A DNA stretch of 64,000 nucleotides from Camelus dromedarius (GCF_036321535.1 NC_087437.1:99078001-99142000), one strand, 5' to 3'; counted from the stretch's first letter, positions 37,257 through 51,029 are shown. The notes: generated by a model from the sequence alone, not told the origin. Translations and numbers: made by a program.

Positions 37257-37759
37257 CTCAGATGAAGACTCCTCATGACTATTTGAACATCTTTTTCTGA
37301 ACAGATCCTAAGGGCAGACAAAGAAGACCTCATCAGACCTTAATTCTCCTTCTTGGAGAAGAGAGAACATTTTAGCTGTGGATACCACATTAGCATCTCT
37401 AATATTTTTGGCTTGATAGCATATAATGTGATAGTTCACCAGGAGAAATGCATTGGGGAATATGCAAAGTAGATCTGCCTTTTCAATGTTCTTTGGAGTG
37501 TTTGGCCATGTTCCTCTTTTAACACATCAATAGCCCACAGGAGACCAAGTTTACCAGACTTTAGACAATTACAGTCAATTAATGTTTGAGTGTATTTCAT
37601 CTGTTACTTACCTGTTAGCTTTGGTGCTTGAGGAATGAGAGACTTGATCTCAATGGCTTATGTATTGGAAAAAATGTGTTTTGCCCTTCCAGTATCCTTT
37701 CACCCTACTTCAGCTAATATCATCCTGACTTTCATTAACTCCTCTAATTTGTGCAATTT

Positions 37760-38125
37760 TGGCGAGAAATCACAACTGCAATTTTTCTGAAAATCACCAT
37801 GCACTCTCTTCTAGGCAAGAAATAGGTGTATGACTAGGCTAGAGAAACTGGCTCACTCTCTGAGGACTTTGCCTTTTGAGTAGAAAGACTTAAGGACAGA
37901 AGAATGTTTGGAGCTCATTACTTCTTGCAGTTATCCTTGACAGGATGATGGAGTATGCCTGCTGCCTGGAATTCCAGAGGCTCTTTTGTCCCAAGCCTTT
38001 CCCAATCCTGACCCTCCAGACTTCCTGCCAATTTTGTAAGTTGCCCAATAAAGCTGAAACAAATTCATACTTGCTGAAGTTAGAAATCATAAGTTTCTGT
38101 TGCTTGAAACGTAATAATCTTCAAT
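37760..38125 (+). mobile_element. ERVL LTR fragment (LTR16/LTR33-like)
   Basis: 3' motif cccaataaa...ttgctgaagttag...agtttctgttgcttgaaac is typical of old ERVL LTR U5 ends. Confidence 0.55.
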
Positions 38126-38397
38126 CTACAGAAACTTTCAAGACTACGTTCTGGCATCTTGAGGATATTCTGCACCTGGAGGGAGAGAGAGGGAGGACAC
38201 CTTTCGACAGAAAAGTTGCGAAAGGAAATGTTAACCTACATATTTATTTGGTTAAGAGCAAAAGTGGCCCTTAATATCTCTAAATATTATCTCACTTCCT
38301 TTGATCCATGTGCTTTAAAATGCCAACATTAGTGATAGAGAGTAGACTTCCATTCAGGAAGTTCAGAGGTGTTTTAAAGTATGTGATCTGATATGTG

Positions 38398-38856
38398 CAG
38401 ATGATCCCTGACTTAAATGCCTCAACTTATGATTTTTTGACTTATGATGGTACAACAGTGTTAAGCATTCAATTGAAAGTGTACTTCTATGTTTTAATTT
38501 TGATCTTTTCCCAGGCCAGTGATACTTGTGATACTCAGTGGTGGCAGGGAGCCACAGCTCCTAGTCAGCCATGAAATCATGAGGATAAAGAACCAGTAAG
38601 CTTACAACCATTCTGTTTTTCATTTCCAGTACAGTGTTCAATATGTTACGTGAGATATTCAACATTTTAGGCTTTACGTTAGGTGATCTGGACAAATTGT
38701 AAGCTAATGTAAGTGTTCTGAGCACATTTAAGGTAGGCTGGGCTAAGCTAGGTGTTTGGTAGGTTAGATGTATTAAATACATTTTTGACTTAAGATGTGT
38801 TCAATTTATGATGGGTTTATTAGAATATAACCCCATCGTAAGTTGAGTGAGATCTG
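38398..38856 (-). mobile_element. Tigger5-derived MITE (MER47B/Tigger5b-like)
   Basis: Terminal inverted repeats cagatgatccctgactta... / ...cgtaagttgagtgagatctg followed by TA. Internal aagtgttctgagcacatttaaggtaggctgggctaagct. Confidence 0.88.
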
Positions 38857-39202
38857 TATACAAATTGATATATTTTTAAAGGTACATAGTTGATCTCATT
38901 TCATTTGGCATTTTTACTGATGGATACCTGTGTCAATATTTTAGCAGCATTTCCACTAAAGAAAATTTCAAACATCAGTAATAAACAAATTAGTTTGATA
39001 ATATTTATTCTATTAGATGGTTTATTTATGTTGACTGTAAATGGATATTTTAGAATAGCGTCTACTGAAAGAAAAATTGTGGAATCATGTATTTTTAAGG
39101 TAATGTTTTAGATTTGCTTGATTATTGTAACGTAATTTTTTCTAATCAAGTTTGTACTTGTATTGTCAGTCACTATTAAATTTAAAACTGTTTGAAGGTC
39201 TA

Positions 39203-39858
39203 TGTCATTCAGGGTCCAATCAAGAGAGAGAAATCATATTATAATTTTAACAAAGAAATTTTAATATAAAGTATTCATAACTATAACCAATCTAGATTAG
39301 TTACTGACATAAAAACTCTAAAAAATAATGGAAGAACATAAATAGAGAGAAGCCATTGCCTCTAGACCTGAGCCAGGACAGCAAGAGAAGCAACAAATCT
39401 GGAAGAGGTTCTCCTCCCCTCCCATGGAGGGGGTATGGCCATGGCCATGCCTACAGGATGGTGAAGTTATCTGAGGTACGTTGCCAGCCAAAATTGCCAG
39501 GAAGCCACCTTCTGGGTGCTTGGAAAACTGTCCACAGGAAAGTGTTGCTTGATGGAATTTGCTGGGAATCTGCCCTCTGAGGTGCCAGAGGAAGTGGCCC
39601 ATTGTGGAGGTGCCATTCAGCAGAACTCACTGGTGTCCCATGCATGGCTGGATATTGTGCACCACGGGAGCAAGTGGGGAAAAACACACCAAAACAAAGC
39701 CTCTTTTCCCTGCAGTGTCCTCTAGAGCCACCTGCTGACAACACATAACACTGTGTCACCTGAGAAAAGAAATGTTCACAGGGTCCAGCTCCAGTATCAT
39801 CAGCAGGGCAATGAGAGTGGACTCGGAGATGAGAGGTAATGAGCTGGTCGCTGACACA
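39203..39858 (-). mobile_element. Ancient solo LTR (ERVL/Gypsy-class; subfamily uncertain)
   Basis: TG...CA boundaries (tgtcattcagggtccaatcaagagagagaaa ... gctgacaca) and a GC-richer block in AT-rich context. Confidence 0.65.
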
Positions 39859-42169
39859 TGGTAAGTGACATTGCTTTCCCACCTCACCACCCAAGAAGTG
39901 AAAGCAAGGCATTTTGCAAGACTTGGCACTCATTGGTTTGGTCAGATGAGGAAAATCAGTCCTTGAGAAGAATTTTACCTAAGGCTCCACATAGGTATTT
40001 TAACTGGGAAAACAAGAAAATAGCTCATGTTTAGTTTTTAGAGTATTTCTTTGAAATGTTTAGATACATTTATGCAATGAAAGAACTGGAATTCTCAGTT
40101 AGTTTCAGCCTGTGAAAATGCTCCGTTGAAAAATAATTTTCTTATAAAGAGACAGACTGCCCACAAACAGTCCATTCCCTAAGGAGAAAAATCTGTGGTT
40201 TCTTAAAAATTGAGTTCAGATTGTATTTGCACGGTCAGGGCCAAGCTGATTTTTATGTACTTCTGAATCATCTAACACATGGAATTGTACTCCTTCCAGC
40301 ATGACTGGATGGGAATAAACAGGCTATTGACTGAGGTTGTATGTACAACACATTGTAAACTGTGAAGTAGTATGTAAAAACTTCCAGAAGGATTTCTCTT
40401 TTGACTCTACTTTTTCTAGTGTCATTTAACTCCCATAAATTTTTTTCTAAATACTTGCAGAAAAAATTCTTGAAAGCTGTTGAAGTGACATGGCAAAGCT
40501 CAACAGGTGGGTCACATTTACAATGTACCCTTTGTAACTGTGACTATTGGAGTTTACTATCAAATAACAGAGTAGGTATCATCTATAGAAAAACTCTTTC
40601 CCAAGTGGGCCTGAACCTTATTAGGCATTCAGACAGCTGCTACCCCCACTCCCCAAGCTTTTCTCCAGAAATTCTGGCTTTTCATACTATCTTTGTAATG
40701 TTCTGAATCTTTATTATCCAGAGTTTTTTTCAGGGGGGCTGCAGAACCAATCAGAGAAGAACTAAATTGGAGCAAATGCTGGCTAATTCCCGAGATATTC
40801 CACAGAAATGTGACCTAGTCCTGAAAATCAGAAAGAATGTTTTAAACAGCTGAGCTTTCCTTTGCGCTAAGATTGCAAGAATTTACCTACTAATGCAAGG
40901 ACTGGCCATACCTCCAAGTTAATTTATAAAGGTTTAAGAGTTTTCAGATGTCATTAACATGTTCTCCAATTGTGCACAATCAATTGTAATCTAAGCAGAA
41001 AGGAAAGTATAGCCCAGGTAAAGCTCAAGTATTTGCATCTCACATTTCCATCTTAACTGTAGAGCTGAAAGGCAGCTGTCTTGGATACTAGAGGTTGGAG
41101 CACGGGGTGCTTAGCATGTACTGTGTGTGTCTCTATAAAAGTGTGTTATCTAATTAAGTAATGTAGATTCTCCCCCTCCTTAAATTAACTCCCCTCAAAT
41201 GCCTCATCTCTTAATTACTATAAATACTGGCTTCATCTTGCTTGCAAGTAATTTTCTGCTTCCTACCTTTTTGTGGTTTACTAATTTGGAAAGAATTATA
41301 ATCAGTGTGTTCTACCTCAGATAACTCGGCAATACTACAAAGTCCAGGGTAGAAAATCTCCATTCTCTATGTTTCGGGCAATTTTCAAGAACTCAGTCAC
41401 AGCACGGTGAGATGGTTTTATAAGACAAGGAACAATTCTTCATAAATATGGTCACATGTTGGAGATACTGCATAAGAGAGCATCTCGCTCTCTCCCTTCC
41501 TTCCCTCCCTCCCTTGCCCCTTCTTTCCTTTCCTTCTTAGATCTTTTATTTTATATTCAAACTGAATACCATCTCTTCTTCTTTCCCCTAATAGGACCCA
41601 TCCCTGAGATTCACAAACCTCCAAATAAAACCAGGGAAAGAGGAAAACGATAAATTTATCTTTTTTTTTTAATCTTTTATACTTTTATATTTCCATTTGT
41701 ATTTGTTTAAGTGGAAAAGTTAGTCATCCACAATTTTTTTCTCTTGACGTTAAAAACCAGGTGAAAGATATCATGTAAAAAAAAACAAATGACCGTGCAA
41801 TTAAAGATACCACATTGTTTTGAAACCCTAGCGAGGAATGCCAACTCTTGCTTTTAAGAGTGGAGAGGTTTATGAGGACTTTTAGTCTTATCTTAGAGGG
41901 GGAAAAGAAGTCTATAAAAACTCTTGTAAAGCTTTTGAATCATGACAATATCTCATAAATAAAGGCTCAATAAAGTCTGACTATAAAAAGAGAGGGAAGA
42001 AACAATATTTGCAGTGAAATAGTATCTTAGACTTATGAGATTCAGTAAAATAATTTTGGGTTTGTTTTTCAAGGAATGAGGCACTGAGAACTCTCTAACG
42101 AAGGAAAGTAGTTCATAGCAAATGGGAAATTAATTATTTAATTTAGAGTTTGATGGGCCACTTGTCTTT

Positions 42170-42640
42170 TGTGATATGTATGAACTTGACTGGAATAGGG
42201 GTGCCCGGATATTTGGCTGAACGTTATTTCTGCGTGCGTCTGTGAGAGCGGTCTGGTTTGGATCAGTGGGCTCAATAAAGTGGACTTCCCCCCTCCCCCC
42301 ACCCCCAGCCCCCAGGGGGGAATGAGTATCACTCAGTCCATTGGCTAGAAGTAGGCTGACAAAGGGGGAATTTGCCCTTTCTGCCTGACTGTGGAGCTGG
42401 GACCCTCGTTTCTCCTGCCCTCAGACTGGGACTTAGAGCACAGACTCCCACGGTTCTCAGGCCTTCAGACTAACTGAATGACATCATGAGATTTCCTGGG
42501 TCTCCAGCTTGCCGATGGCAGGTTGTGGGACTTCTCGGCCCCCATACTCGTGCGAGCTAGTTCTTCACAAGTCAGTCTCTCTCTCTTTAAATACATAAAT
42601 ACAGATGTAGATACAAGTATAGACATACACCTATGTGGAT
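42170..42640 (+). mobile_element. MLT2 (ERVL) LTR
   Basis: aacttgactgg...gggtgcccggatatttggctgaacgttatttctg...ggttctcaggccttcagact...tttcctgggtctccagcttgccgatggcaggttgtgggacttctcggcc. Confidence 0.88.
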
Positions 42641-42879
42641 ACTTTTTACCCTGATTCTTAATTTCTTAACCTATAATCTCATTTTGTAAAAAGCCATCAT
42701 TGATTGCTGTCATTACTTCTTTATGGTTGTTGGTGCTGAGTAACCATGTGTGCATTTTCACAAATACATTCACTTATATGCGAATTAGACTTCATTAAAT
42801 CTAGTTTAATTGAGCTGCCCACTGCACTGAGAAACTAACCGTTACAGCAAATCTGCTAAGGAAGAATTACATTAAATTC

Positions 42880-43885
42880 CTTGTCAGATAATGCCAACAT
42901 CTGCAGCATCTTGGTATTAGCATATGTGGATGGTCTTTTCTGATTCAGGTGTAGATTTTCCTGGTTCTTGGTAAGGTAAGTGATCTGTGATTTTATCCTG
43001 GACATTTTGAATGTTGTACTATGAAACTGGATCTCATCGACATCTTTTGTTTAACCAGGCCTCCTCTGAAACTAACAAGGGATGTGGGAGCACCTCTTCA
43101 TTACTGCTAAAGGAATGTGGAAATCCAGGTTTCCCCCGCCTTTGTTGACCTGATGGTTGGGGGAGGGGGTTCTTAAGGCGGCCCTCATTACTTCTGGGCT
43201 GTGGGTGAGAATTAAGGCTTCTGCCGAGACCTTCACTGATACCTCCCTGGCTAGAATGCCTGCTTATTGCTTCCCGTGTGTCCTCCACTGGTATGTGGGG
43301 CAAGGGGAGGGTGGCACTGGTATAGTTCGGACCCTCCACTAGGTCTCATATGATGCCACTGAAGCACAGAGCGGGAGGGGTGCTATATGACGACAGCGTC
43401 GGGGTACAAGTCCAGATTCCCCATGTGGTGCTGCCGACACCAGAACAGGGTGGGATTCATGAATGCTTGATGGAGCTGGACTTCCCTAGTCCTCACTCAG
43501 CCTCCTCTGACACCACAGAGCAGAAGGCCGGGGGTGGGGGTGGGGAGCTGGGTGTGGGGCGCAGATGTCTCTGTGGTATTCTTTGGGACTTGAGTTCTTA
43601 TAATCTAGGCTGACCCTAGTCCTTTGGGAAGAGAAAAACAGACTTTTGTTGTGCCTTGGTTGTCGGTGCCCATTAACATTTCCCGCCTGCTGGTTTCTTT
43701 AGCTCCGAGTCTGAGGTAAGTGAGACAGAAAGCCCGGGAATCTTACCACGGTGTCCTTCCCTGGGTCCACAGGTTGAAGCCGGTCCATCCTGTTCTACCC
43801 ACCATTCAGAGCCTTCTTTAGGGTCCAGGATATCCAGCTGTACTTAGTGGGAGAAATAGGCAAAAGTGCCTCTCCATCTTTACAA
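42880..43885 (-). mobile_element. L1MC/L1MD-type 5'UTR, antisense
   Basis: gtcagataatgccaacatctg...gattttcctggttcttggt...ttttatcctggacattttgaat, followed by GC-rich tandem-like 5'UTR units. Confidence 0.7.
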
Positions 43886-45016
43886 ACTAAGAATGACTTA
43901 TTTTTAGTGATCAATAATAAAGGTATTGAAAATTAAAAGGCATGAGTTACATGGAAGTAGGGTGAAAAGAAGTTACTAAAAGTCAAAAAAGTGGGAGAGG
44001 GAGGCAGATAGGGATTAATTTGACTGAATATGTGGAGAAGCACTTTGGCTGTTATACCCAGCATGTTCTCACAACGGTATTTCCCAACCATGGCCATACT
44101 GTCCACAAATATGCAGCTTTACCCCCATGCCCTCCCCCAGGACGATGAAACGTGAATGCCCAAATCTTTGGGGAAAAACTGGGTGAAGCAACAGTAGTGG
44201 CTCTTTGAACATTTCTCCGGAATTCTTGCTTAAGTGCTGGGCAGATCAGGCACCAGGGAGACTGCCTGCTTGCTCTGTTGTGTGATAAACAAGTTTCCTT
44301 TGTTTACGTTCTCTTTTCTCTACTCAAACCAAACTTGACTCTTCTCATTACGGTTTCAGGTGAAAGCAAGCAAAACTTGGTGTTGCCAGAAATTCCATTC
44401 AAGACAGAACTTTGTGGTTTTACCAGACTTGTGAGCCCTGAGACTTAATTTTAACCCACAGCTTGTAACCTCAAAATATCCCAAGCCATGCAAGTCAAGT
44501 TGTTTTTGGAAGAAGAAAATTCTCCAGAAACCAAAAAATCCCCTATCCTTCAGTTCTCCAATGTTCCATCATTGAAGTCACAATTCCTGTATTTATTATA
44601 TGAGAATCAAATCTGATTTTCATTTCTTGCTCTCAGCTTAACCAGCTGGGGTGAGACTTTGTACAATATGGATTGACGTTTAAAACCAAGATAGAATCAC
44701 GACTGAGAAACTGGTAAAAAAATTATTTTGGGAAACTTAACACCCAGCATATCACCTGGGACCTGTGTTGGAATTTGCTCTGCATATTTAATCAGGAAAC
44801 TGTGTTTATCCAAGCATGTGTCAAGTATACGGTTTGAATATGTGCTCCTTTGTTCCAGATTAAGGAGGGGGACAGGCCGTAGAGGAATTTGAGGCAGTTG
44901 GCAATTTTCTTAGATATCTGAGTTCTATATCACAAAACCTTGTGAGTACTTTCTGTACAGGGTTGAGGGATAAGAAAAGTATCTCAAGTCAAGAACTGGA
45001 CCCTGAAAAAAAAAAG

Positions 45017-45095
45017 TATATGTAACTGAATCACTTTCCTATACACCTGAAACTAACATTGTAAATCAGCTATACTTCAATAAGAAATAAATTTA
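45017..45095 (+). mobile_element. Severely 5'-truncated cetartiodactyl-type L1 3' tail
   Basis: tatatgtaactgaatcactttcctatacacctgaaactaacattgtaaatcagctatacttcaataag plus an A-rich tail. Confidence 0.85.
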
Positions 45096-46222
45096 AAAGA
45101 AGTTTTCTATCAGGCATTTGTAGTTTTGTGGAAACATAAGATCTGTGCTGCAATTGACTCCATGAGCATATTTTACAAGATGATACCTGGATTCTATGTT
45201 TTTAGATGTATTGCAAAAATAGGTAGGTATGTCCATTAAATATGCAAACGTTAAAGAAAAAAGAACTAGACCCAAGGGGCCTGTGGCATTAACTGCTTTC
45301 TAGAAGCAATACAAGGGGGACTACACTTATCTTCTCACACTTCAGCACTCCTAGGTGTTTTCAGGGTCACATGAGCAACCTCATGGAAACATCTGGGGAG
45401 AATTACATAATGTTTCCCTGGTCTCTGTTTACCATCTCAGTGTGCGTCACGCGTGAAGCAAGGGTGGCGTCCCCCTGTTGGGTCCTTGCATCCTGAGAGA
45501 AAACATCGTTAGTCATTCACTACAAATATTTGTACTTCTAGAGATTTCAAAACTATAACAGTGACTGGCATAGTAGTATATATTCAATAAGTAATTTGTG
45601 CATTGACCAAATTCCTCACCATCAAAAATATTAATCATTTTCAACTATCACAGTCCCCCCAATTCTGGGTAGGACTCAAGCTAATTACTGAGACCCCAAG
45701 AGATAATGCAGTTCTTAGGTATGTGATCCATTTGACAGAGGACCGCAGATGTCCTGGGGTCATATTTGAAAGTATGAACAGAGATTTCTCCACTTTTGCT
45801 TTTCTTTGTACTCTTTACTCTTCTCTCAATTAATCATCTAGAAAACTACTTATTTATTTCCTTACTTATTTCCAAAATACTCAGTTAATGATATTTTAAT
45901 CTGTTCAACATGGGTAAAGAAAAAGAGTAATTGGTGAATAACACAAAACTTTCTGCCTCCCGCCAAAATAGTAGATTCCTGGAGCTAGGGAAAGAGGAGT
46001 GTAAGATGGAGTAGCAACGAGTAGATAAATATTGAAAGTCCTTTATAAAGGGGATATGACCCCTCTCTTGGATGAACTAGGGGTCATTCAGACCCTCCAG
46101 ATAAAGTTGAGGGTTCGGAGTGAGAGCGGTGCCTGTAACCCTTCCCCCAGTGCAGCCCATGGAGGCACACCAGAAGTGCAGAACAGAAACCACCGTTGAA
46201 CATGTTTAATCAGATGGGTATG

Positions 46223-46637
46223 TGTATTAGGATAAACTTGTCTGTGATAAGAAACAGACTTAATCTGGTACTGGGCTAGACAAAAACAGTTCATTTGTTG
46301 ATCAGCAACAGTCCTAGTGAGTGTTTCAGATCAGGACTCTTTTCTCTATCATTCAGGAAGCAAGGTCTTTTCCAGCTTGTACAACTGTATCTTTTCAGCC
46401 TCTAGGGATTCATTTGTCCTTCATTTGTCTGTGTCATGACAACAGAGGAGGAAGGAATACAGAGGAGTATGTGTGAAAGGCTTGGGGGCCAGTCCGGAAG
46501 TAGCGCGTATTATTTCTACTCATGCCCTATTGGTTAAAGCCCAATTACATGGCCACACCTCCTGGCAAGGGAGGATGGAATACTAGCTCAGGAAAAACAC
46601 AAAACGGATTTGGGTGGACAAATATCTCTGCTCAACT
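46223..46637 (-). mobile_element. Old MaLR LTR (MLT1J/K/L-like)
   Basis: ggccagtccggaagtagcgcgtattatttctactcatgccctattgg...tacatggccacacct...gcaagggaggatggaa. Confidence 0.75.
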
Positions 46638-47334
46638 TATGATAACACACTTTTTTTTTTCTCATAACCCAGGTTGGCACCTGATAAGTAAAAATATTCC
46701 CTGAAACGAAGAGGAGCAAGGAAGTAGTTAGAGATTACAGATACCCTCTCCTCCTGTAAGTCTCTGTGATTTGTGTGACGAGGAACAGCAGAATAAACCT
46801 ACATACCCTAAAAGACTATGGGAGGTAGCCTAGACAGAGCATGCCTTTTGGATTGGAGAGACCAATGACTTTGCAGTGACCTGTTTAGACAGAAATTCAT
46901 GCACCAAAATGAATTGTGGCTTTCTCAGCTGATCTTAGGAGATGCTAGCAGGTACAGACCACAAAGCAAGGTCCAGATGCCCAGCAACTCCCACTCACCC
47001 GAGCACTTAAAACCCAATGATGTGACAAATAGATTTTTAGAGGAGATTACATTTTTATATTGTGACTACTTGGAAGCTTCTTACAGAAAATAAACTGAGT
47101 AACAGAAAAAATAAATTGCATTTTGTGAATACCTGTTCTTTATACTGCATATTGTACCCACTACACACAATTAATCATTTAAATCATGTTGCAAAAGTTG
47201 TTAAGGATCTGTTAAATGTTCTTTGAATACACTGGTCTTCCAAATGTCTTCACTGGCCTCTGAAAAACTTAACTGATAAATAGTCCTGACAATTATACAC
47301 AATAATCATATGCCTTAAAGTACATTCTTTATTG

Positions 47335-47570
47335 CATAATGGATTAGCGTGTAAGCTATCATGTTCTACTCAGGTTCAATTCCTGGGTCTACTGTGGAAT
47401 AGTTCCATGACTTCAGGCAAGTTACAATATCTGTGCTCCTGTTTCCTTATCTGTAAAATGGCGATACGGAAGTACTTAAATCTTAGGGTTGTTGTGAGAA
47501 TGGAATGAGGTAATATGTCAAGAACAGTGCCTAGTGGAGAGTCTGTATCCCACAGACATTACTTAACTTA
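47335..47570 (+). mobile_element. MIR SINE
   Basis: ggttcaattcctgg...tgacttcaggcaagtta...gtttccttatctgtaaaatgg...agggttgttgtgagaat. Confidence 0.85.
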
Positions 47571-47864
47571 TTCGTACTTGGAGAGATGTATGTGTGCTCT
47601 AGCTACTGCCTGCAGTGCTTCCATTACCACCTCCACTCCCATCTCAGGCTTCCTTCGAAATTTTGTTATCCATATGGGATGGTTAGTCCTTCCTTGCACT
47701 GATCTGATTCTGAAATATACTAATTGCTTTATAAGTCTTCTGTACACTCTTATTTAGATGGTCTGACTTGTATTATGAAATTCATTCACAAATTTGAAAA
47801 AGTACAGAAAAAATAATACCACTTTATAATCTTTAAATCACACTTTCTCAGTATTTTGCCATAA

Positions 47865-48050
47865 ACTTTGAGTTAAATGAATTTAAATCACCGCCCTGTC
47901 ATTTACTTAGAAAATTGCTTATGTGTCTCTGTTTCCTTATTTGTAAAATAAAAATAATAACCTGACTTATAAGATTGTTGTAAGGACTAAATGATAAAAC
48001 ATTTGAAAATTTCTGTAAGTAGAAGATGCCAGAAATATTAGTTACCTTCC
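47865..48050 (+). mobile_element. MIR SINE fragment
   Basis: tctctgtttccttatttgtaaaataaaaataataacctgacttataagattgttgtaaggactaaatga. Confidence 0.75.
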
Positions 48051-51029
48051 TTTTTAACACAAGTGGGTAAGTAATAGACAATAAGTTTTAGCTAAATTTG
48101 GTTAAGTAATAGAAAAAATGCTTCAGCTATTTTGATTGGAAGTAATCATAATTTTGTCTCTACAGATCCATAAATGGATGCATTTTGAAGTTTCATTTTC
48201 AAAAATTATGTTAAAGTCTTCATTAATTCAATGTCATAATACAAAATCTCACTGGTATAAGCTGTTTTTGATATTCCACTCTTTGGAACTGTATCAAACA
48301 ATTTCCCGGGTACCATTTAACTCACTCAGTGGATATAGATTGCATGTATAGACTGCTGAGGACTTTTCTTCTTTTCATCAGAGTTAACATTGATTGGGAA
48401 TAAGTGTTTCAGAGTAGTAGGGATGATGTAGTATAAGTTAGAATAATAATCTTAACTATGACACAAATTCAATTATTATTGTGTCTTACATTATAAGGTA
48501 TAATTAGGCAAAAATTAGGTTATAATTTCAGTTTATATAATTGCTGCAGTAGAAGATACATTATAATGTTTAAGTCCGGTGATTTTTTTTCTGGCTTTCT
48601 ATATTTCAATTCTCTGTTACAGTTTCTACTTCCTATAAGCAGTTTTCAGCACCCCACCCTTTTAAAGTCACAGTATGTACTTTTCATGCAATTTCACATA
48701 ATTTTGTTTTTTATGGAAGAGCAAACAGCTCAGCAAGGAAAAGCGAACTGCAATATCAGACTTTAGATGGTGTGGGCAAAACCAGCAGGCACTTACTTTT
48801 CAGCTCTGCTTTGACTTCAAATCACCTAAATTCTTCCTGAAAACAATTTTTTGTCAATATCCTCATATAATGTGAACACCTTCTGTATTGAATATGTTAA
48901 AGCCAATTGTAGTAAGAGACTAAAACTCTTTAAGTAGTTAGGAGAATATGACAAGATGATGTTTCCCATCATATTATTATCAGTGTTCAGAAGGAATAGC
49001 CAATAAAGTACATGACATTTTGTAGTCTTTGGTCAAGAAAAGAGGCAGGTAAGTTGAAAGTATTTATGTTGCATTTCTCAGCTTCCTCAGATACTGTTCT
49101 TAGCTCCTACTGATTTTAAGTGTTGGAATTGCCAGCATATATAAAGATATGTTTTAAGTTACTGATTTGCTAGAGTCATGAAATATCGTGGAGTTTGAAA
49201 AATGACAAAGAAAATTATCTAATACTAGCTAATAGGTATTTTCGGTTTAAAAGTAATTGCTACTTTTTTTTTTAGTGGCATCTTTTAAAAAGTCATCTGT
49301 TATTTATTTAATACAGTTTTCAGTGCATTACTACAATCTTTAAGGACCAGAAATATAGCATGAAATATGCTCTCTGTTTGCCTTTCCTGAAATTCCAGTC
49401 ACGTCTGAGTAAACATTTTCTCTCTTTCTAAAATCATTTGACAAAATAATCCACTGAGTTCTGATTCACTTCAGTGTATCATCATAACCTTGTTTTTAAA
49501 GGTTGATATCCAAGAACTAATGTCCCTTAAGAAGCCCTTTTATTTGTTTCTTTGGCAATCTGTTTTCTATTGAATAAAAACTTAAAACTCCTTGACTAAA
49601 GGACATTTGCCATAAGACTAAAAAGTTATTTGGTTCCTGTTCAAACCTAGGGAAATGAATCATGAGGTCAAACCTAATTCTGTTATTTATTTGGCAATTA
49701 TAATAATATATCAAATGAATGCAGCCTCTATTTGGATTTTAATGTACTTTTGGAAGTATTCCTTCTTTTAAAAGTAGGCACATTTACTTTTTTGGTTGTG
49801 ATTATGGCCATTTTGTGATAAAGAAATGAAAGTGTTGGCTTATTTGTGATCACATCGTCCGAATCAGTGGAAAACAGTGTCCAGGTCTTCTGATTTCAAC
49901 TTGCCTTTTTCCACAAGACTTCACCGCCGGGTCTGACCTCCACTCACTTTTGTTGCATGGTTTCCTTTTCATGTCCTCGAGTAAGTGAGGGCAATGCAGC
50001 TCTCTGTGTTATTGCAGCTGAGGGAAGTGAAGTGAAGGGGTCACCAGGGTCGAGATGACAGCGGAACTCTTAGCATTTTGCTCACTAGGCTGCTGCTCAG
50101 CCCTTCCCTTCCTGCTGCCTTTGAAAACACACTTCTTGAAAGTAACTCCTTCCATTTAAAGTGTTCAAAGGTGGGCCAATCCCGTGGATTTTATTAAACA
50201 TAAAAGGATCATCAGCTTCACATGGGCAGTTTGTGAAGGGTACTGAGAGAAAAAAGTGTGTATTAATGCGTCTCTCTTGGGTGTTCAGGATGTGGTGACA
50301 CAGAATGAAATGATCACAAGTAATGAATAAATAGCTACACAGATGAGAGACTTAACTAATGGGTAAGTGGATGATTAGAGGTTACTCCATTTTTCTTTAT
50401 CTGAGCTATTGATGAAAATGGTGTCTTCATAAATACAATGTGAGAGTGTATTAAAATTCCTCCACAATCACTTTCAACCCCAAAACTGTATTCTTAGGAA
50501 ATTGTTTTATAAAACCAATAAAAGTCAAAACATGTTGACAGAACTGACTTATTTAGAACAAACACAAGGACTTGCATTATTCTGAAACTAAAGCTCAGGC
50601 AAAAGATAAACCAAGAATCATCAAAGTAAAAAAAATCTCAACCAACAATGAGTTACTTCTCATAATCTTGTCTGTTGGATTTTAGAATTGGGGGTCTCTC
50701 CTGATTGAGTGGCAGTATAGAAAGCAGCACTTCTGTCCCAAGAGATTTCTTTTCCAGAAAAATACAGTTCAAATATGTTTGCCTAATAGACTCACTGCTG
50801 AGAAGATTCGAATATAATGTATCATTGTAGTAATTAATAAAATTATGTTTTACAAACATACTAGCAAATCTCAATAACTAACACTCCTGAAATATCCTAT
50901 GTAATTGAAGTCTTATAACTTTGAATTTAGGCATGTTTAATACAATTCTATCAAAGAACTATTGCTTTTACAAAGAACAACATCTCTATATACATTCATG
51001 GTACTTTACAATTTAATTTTTCCTTATGT

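Noticed and set aside
39318..39933. Four overlapping ORFs including the longest in the track (160 aa)
   Set aside because: All sit in a GC-richer solo LTR where stop codons are rarer, with no recognisable protein motif.
41100..41200. gcttagcatgtac, resembling part of the camelid Vic-1 SINE
   Set aside because: No tRNA A/B boxes or tail around it, and the match is too short.
43529..43560. G4-capable tract
   Set aside because: Inside an old L1 5'UTR, so it is explained by the repeat and shows no independent sign of function.
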